In this document: piece by piece, positions 61,636 through 64,000 of the stretch
How the letters are laid out: each line of letters begins with the position of its first letter
Numbering within the stretch: position 1 is the first letter of the stretch
Assembly (NCBI GenBank): GCA_016748015.1
Contig: JAAOMT010000468.1
Location: 558,001 to 622,000, forward strand
DNA: 64,000 bases
Reading direction: 5' to 3'
DNA from: Geosiphon pyriformis uo1
Lineage: Eukaryota > Fungi > Glomeromycota
The notes under the pieces: model-generated
Seen by the model: the letters and a program-made list of their open reading frames with translations, nothing else
Told to the model about the DNA's origin: nothing
The model's database searches: none
Program-made: the position numbers and the translations under genes

Positions 61636-63747
61636 TTATTGCTTCAAGACCTTTTTGAGGCTCAGAAAGGTACTCAAAAACATCACACAAATACCAAACC
61701 CCATACACACGACTGCTGGAAGTTTTTTTCGTGTCCACCATTTCCCTGCTGATAGCTGTATAAAGCATGCTGGAGGTAAAATATAGGCCAATGCTGTAGC
61801 AGAAAATCCCCCTGTAAGTTCCAGTACCAAGCCTAGATCGGTGGTAAGTAGCGATATTACCATAGCACCTCCAACCAAGAAAGTTGTCACAATGACATGA
61901 CGAACTTGCGAAAACCCAGCATTGTTGAAATAATAATTCTCTATTACCTAGTAAAGGTGCATAGGAATTAGATTATAGATGATGGCAACATATAAGAGAT
62001 CCTTTTTGATTAAGTTACCTCTCGACAGACAAAAGCTTCCAAGGGAAGTGTAGTGAACATATTGAAGCCGAAACAAAACCGAGCAATATTTATTATGAAA
62101 TTATTTTCGGGAAAGTTATTTAATATATTTCCTAGAAAAGAGTTTAAAATATTTTAATCAAGATGATGTTCAAAGGAATTTAGATATGTCAAATACAAAG
62201 TTACCGGCTGTTTTATCTGTAAATACAAAATATCCGCTTAGTGCCATTAATAGACAAGCAAGCATAGATATACCGGTTGACCAATGTGTGACGGCGGCGA
62301 ATCGATTTAATGTTGGTTTCCGTAGAGAATCAAAAATGAGCAGAGAATTATGATGACATACAAAAGCTGGCAGATTTTAAGAATAAGATGAGGAAAAGCA
62401 ATATATTAAACATTTGAGGCTTTTTATAATTACCAAAACTTATTACACCGATAGACTAATTAAACAGAGTTAGTGAGTAAATGCGTGGTTTTATATTCGA
62501 AAGACTTTGGTAAAAAAAATAAAGGTTAAACTCCATACCTGAAACAATTCAGGATGAGCGAAGTCCCATTTACCTTCATCACTGCCTCTTAGATCCAAAT
62601 TTACTTGTGGTCCCTCTAAAATAACGCTGATCACAATAATCACCATCGATACGAGTGCTAGACCACTGACTTTTGCCAATTTAGAGATATCTCTGTACAA
62701 GGATAACGGGTATGACACTCCAACTGTACATATTATAATTACAAAATTTCGCTCAACTAATAAACCAAGTACAGGAAATTTGGCAATATCTGGGAATACC
62801 GAGGATACGACGTGAGGGATTGTATCACCTAAGAGGTTTATATAAAATTCGATCAAGTTTCTTTTTTTTGGCAGGAGAATCAAAAAGTTTTTTTTCGTAA
62901 GATTTATAATCTCTTACCTATGATTACACAGAAGGCGCTCATGCCTTTTGAATAAAACGAAAAGGACCGAAAATTTAGTGATAGTTTCGACCTTGAATTT
63001 CCCCAATAAAGCAAGATATTATTGCTCTTGATATTACCCTAATTCTAAATCAACACAATAGTTGGTGTCACTCCCAAAAAAATATCAAAAATGATCTTTA
63101 CCGCCAAAAGCAAACGCGAATTGAAATACTGATATAGCTATAAGCCCACTCTTCCCAAAACAATGATGCATCATATCCTGATATGAGTTTCTTCCAGATA
63201 ATTTTGAATTGAATACTAAAAGACGAATAGTCCAATCTACAACGATTGTTAAACCAATTAAAAGAATGATTCCCATCCATATTCCCGCTTCACGAAATGA
63301 AAAAGGTAGACCTTAAAGAGATGAAAAATAATTCCTTGAATATTCTTGGATCATTAAAAAGAAATTGAGTTTATTTGAAAAGTAAGATTTACTTACCAAT
63401 GATACCTTGATTTCCAGATAGCAAATTAAAAAGTTTTAGAATTCGAAAATAATGTCTGAATCAAAAAAAAACAAAAAACAATTGAATATTGGTGACATAC
63501 CCGCTCCAATAATGCTGTTTGCCATTAAAAGGCAACTTTCAAAAAGGGTTCCACCGTCTTTTGGTAATTTCATTTCTTCTATTTCTATAGTTTCAAACAA
63601 CATCCCTGTGTCTTCTCCATAAGAAGAAACGTCTTCCTCAAGGATACTGAGACTCAAATTGGAATTATTTATATTTTTTATGGAAACATGATTGTCTTCG
63701 ATGATAAGAGGCTCAATTAACTCTTCACTATGGGAACTTATAGACAT
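61636..63747 (-). CDS. AVT2: AAAP/Aa_trans amino-acid transporter, Avt2/SLC38A11-like, multi-exon with microexons
   Basis: ANSIIGAGIIGLPFSF (spliced), VDWTIRL, FQFAFAFGG, IIGDTIPHV, YPLSLYRDISKLAK, FVCHHNSLLI, DLGLVLELTGG, YILPPAC. Confidence 0.85.
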
Positions 63748-64000
63748 TGTATCAAAATTAATCAGGTTACAGTTAATAGGAATGATAAATAGTAAGTGTT
63801 ATTCTTGAGGATAGCAGATCAGCATTCTAAGATAAGCGCTAAGGAGTTTGAAAGTGGAAAAAATAAAAAATATAAGACTAATACTCGAAATCCGATATTG
63901 AGTTGTGGTATTTATCAATTTCTTGAAGAAAATTTGCGTAAATTGAGTGAAATAACAATTTTGGCTGCTCTTTGAAAAGTGTTTACTCTAATATCTAAAA

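Overview
Eukaryotic, intron-rich fungal DNA. The AT-richness and the LINE/Gypsy families look Glomeromycotina-like (Geosiphon-type); this is an inference, not verified. Two compact host-gene islands flank a ~45 kb nested retrotransposon cluster. The left island holds DBP6 and ADE16/17 head-to-head (3.5-9.3 kb); the right island holds SIZ1/PIAS, ARP8 and an AVT2-like transporter (54.7-63.7 kb). The window has five APE-RT-RNaseH LINE copies or fragments, two complete Ty3/Gypsy elements of different families and four solo LTRs; every LTR element has a resolvable 4-bp TSD. Main observations: (1) both Gypsy families carry an apparently homologous, non-env third ORF between integrase and the 3' LTR; (2) one Gypsy polyprotein has a dUTPase, a possible degenerate second dUTPase-like repeat and a large multi-CxxC domain between protease and RT; (3) repeats, but not host genes, show transition-only C>T/G>A decay in several dinucleotide contexts, graded from mild to near-total AT, i.e. 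a RIP-like signature; (4) both PBSs converge on one consensus resembling an elongator tRNA-Met 3' end. All alignments were done by eye.
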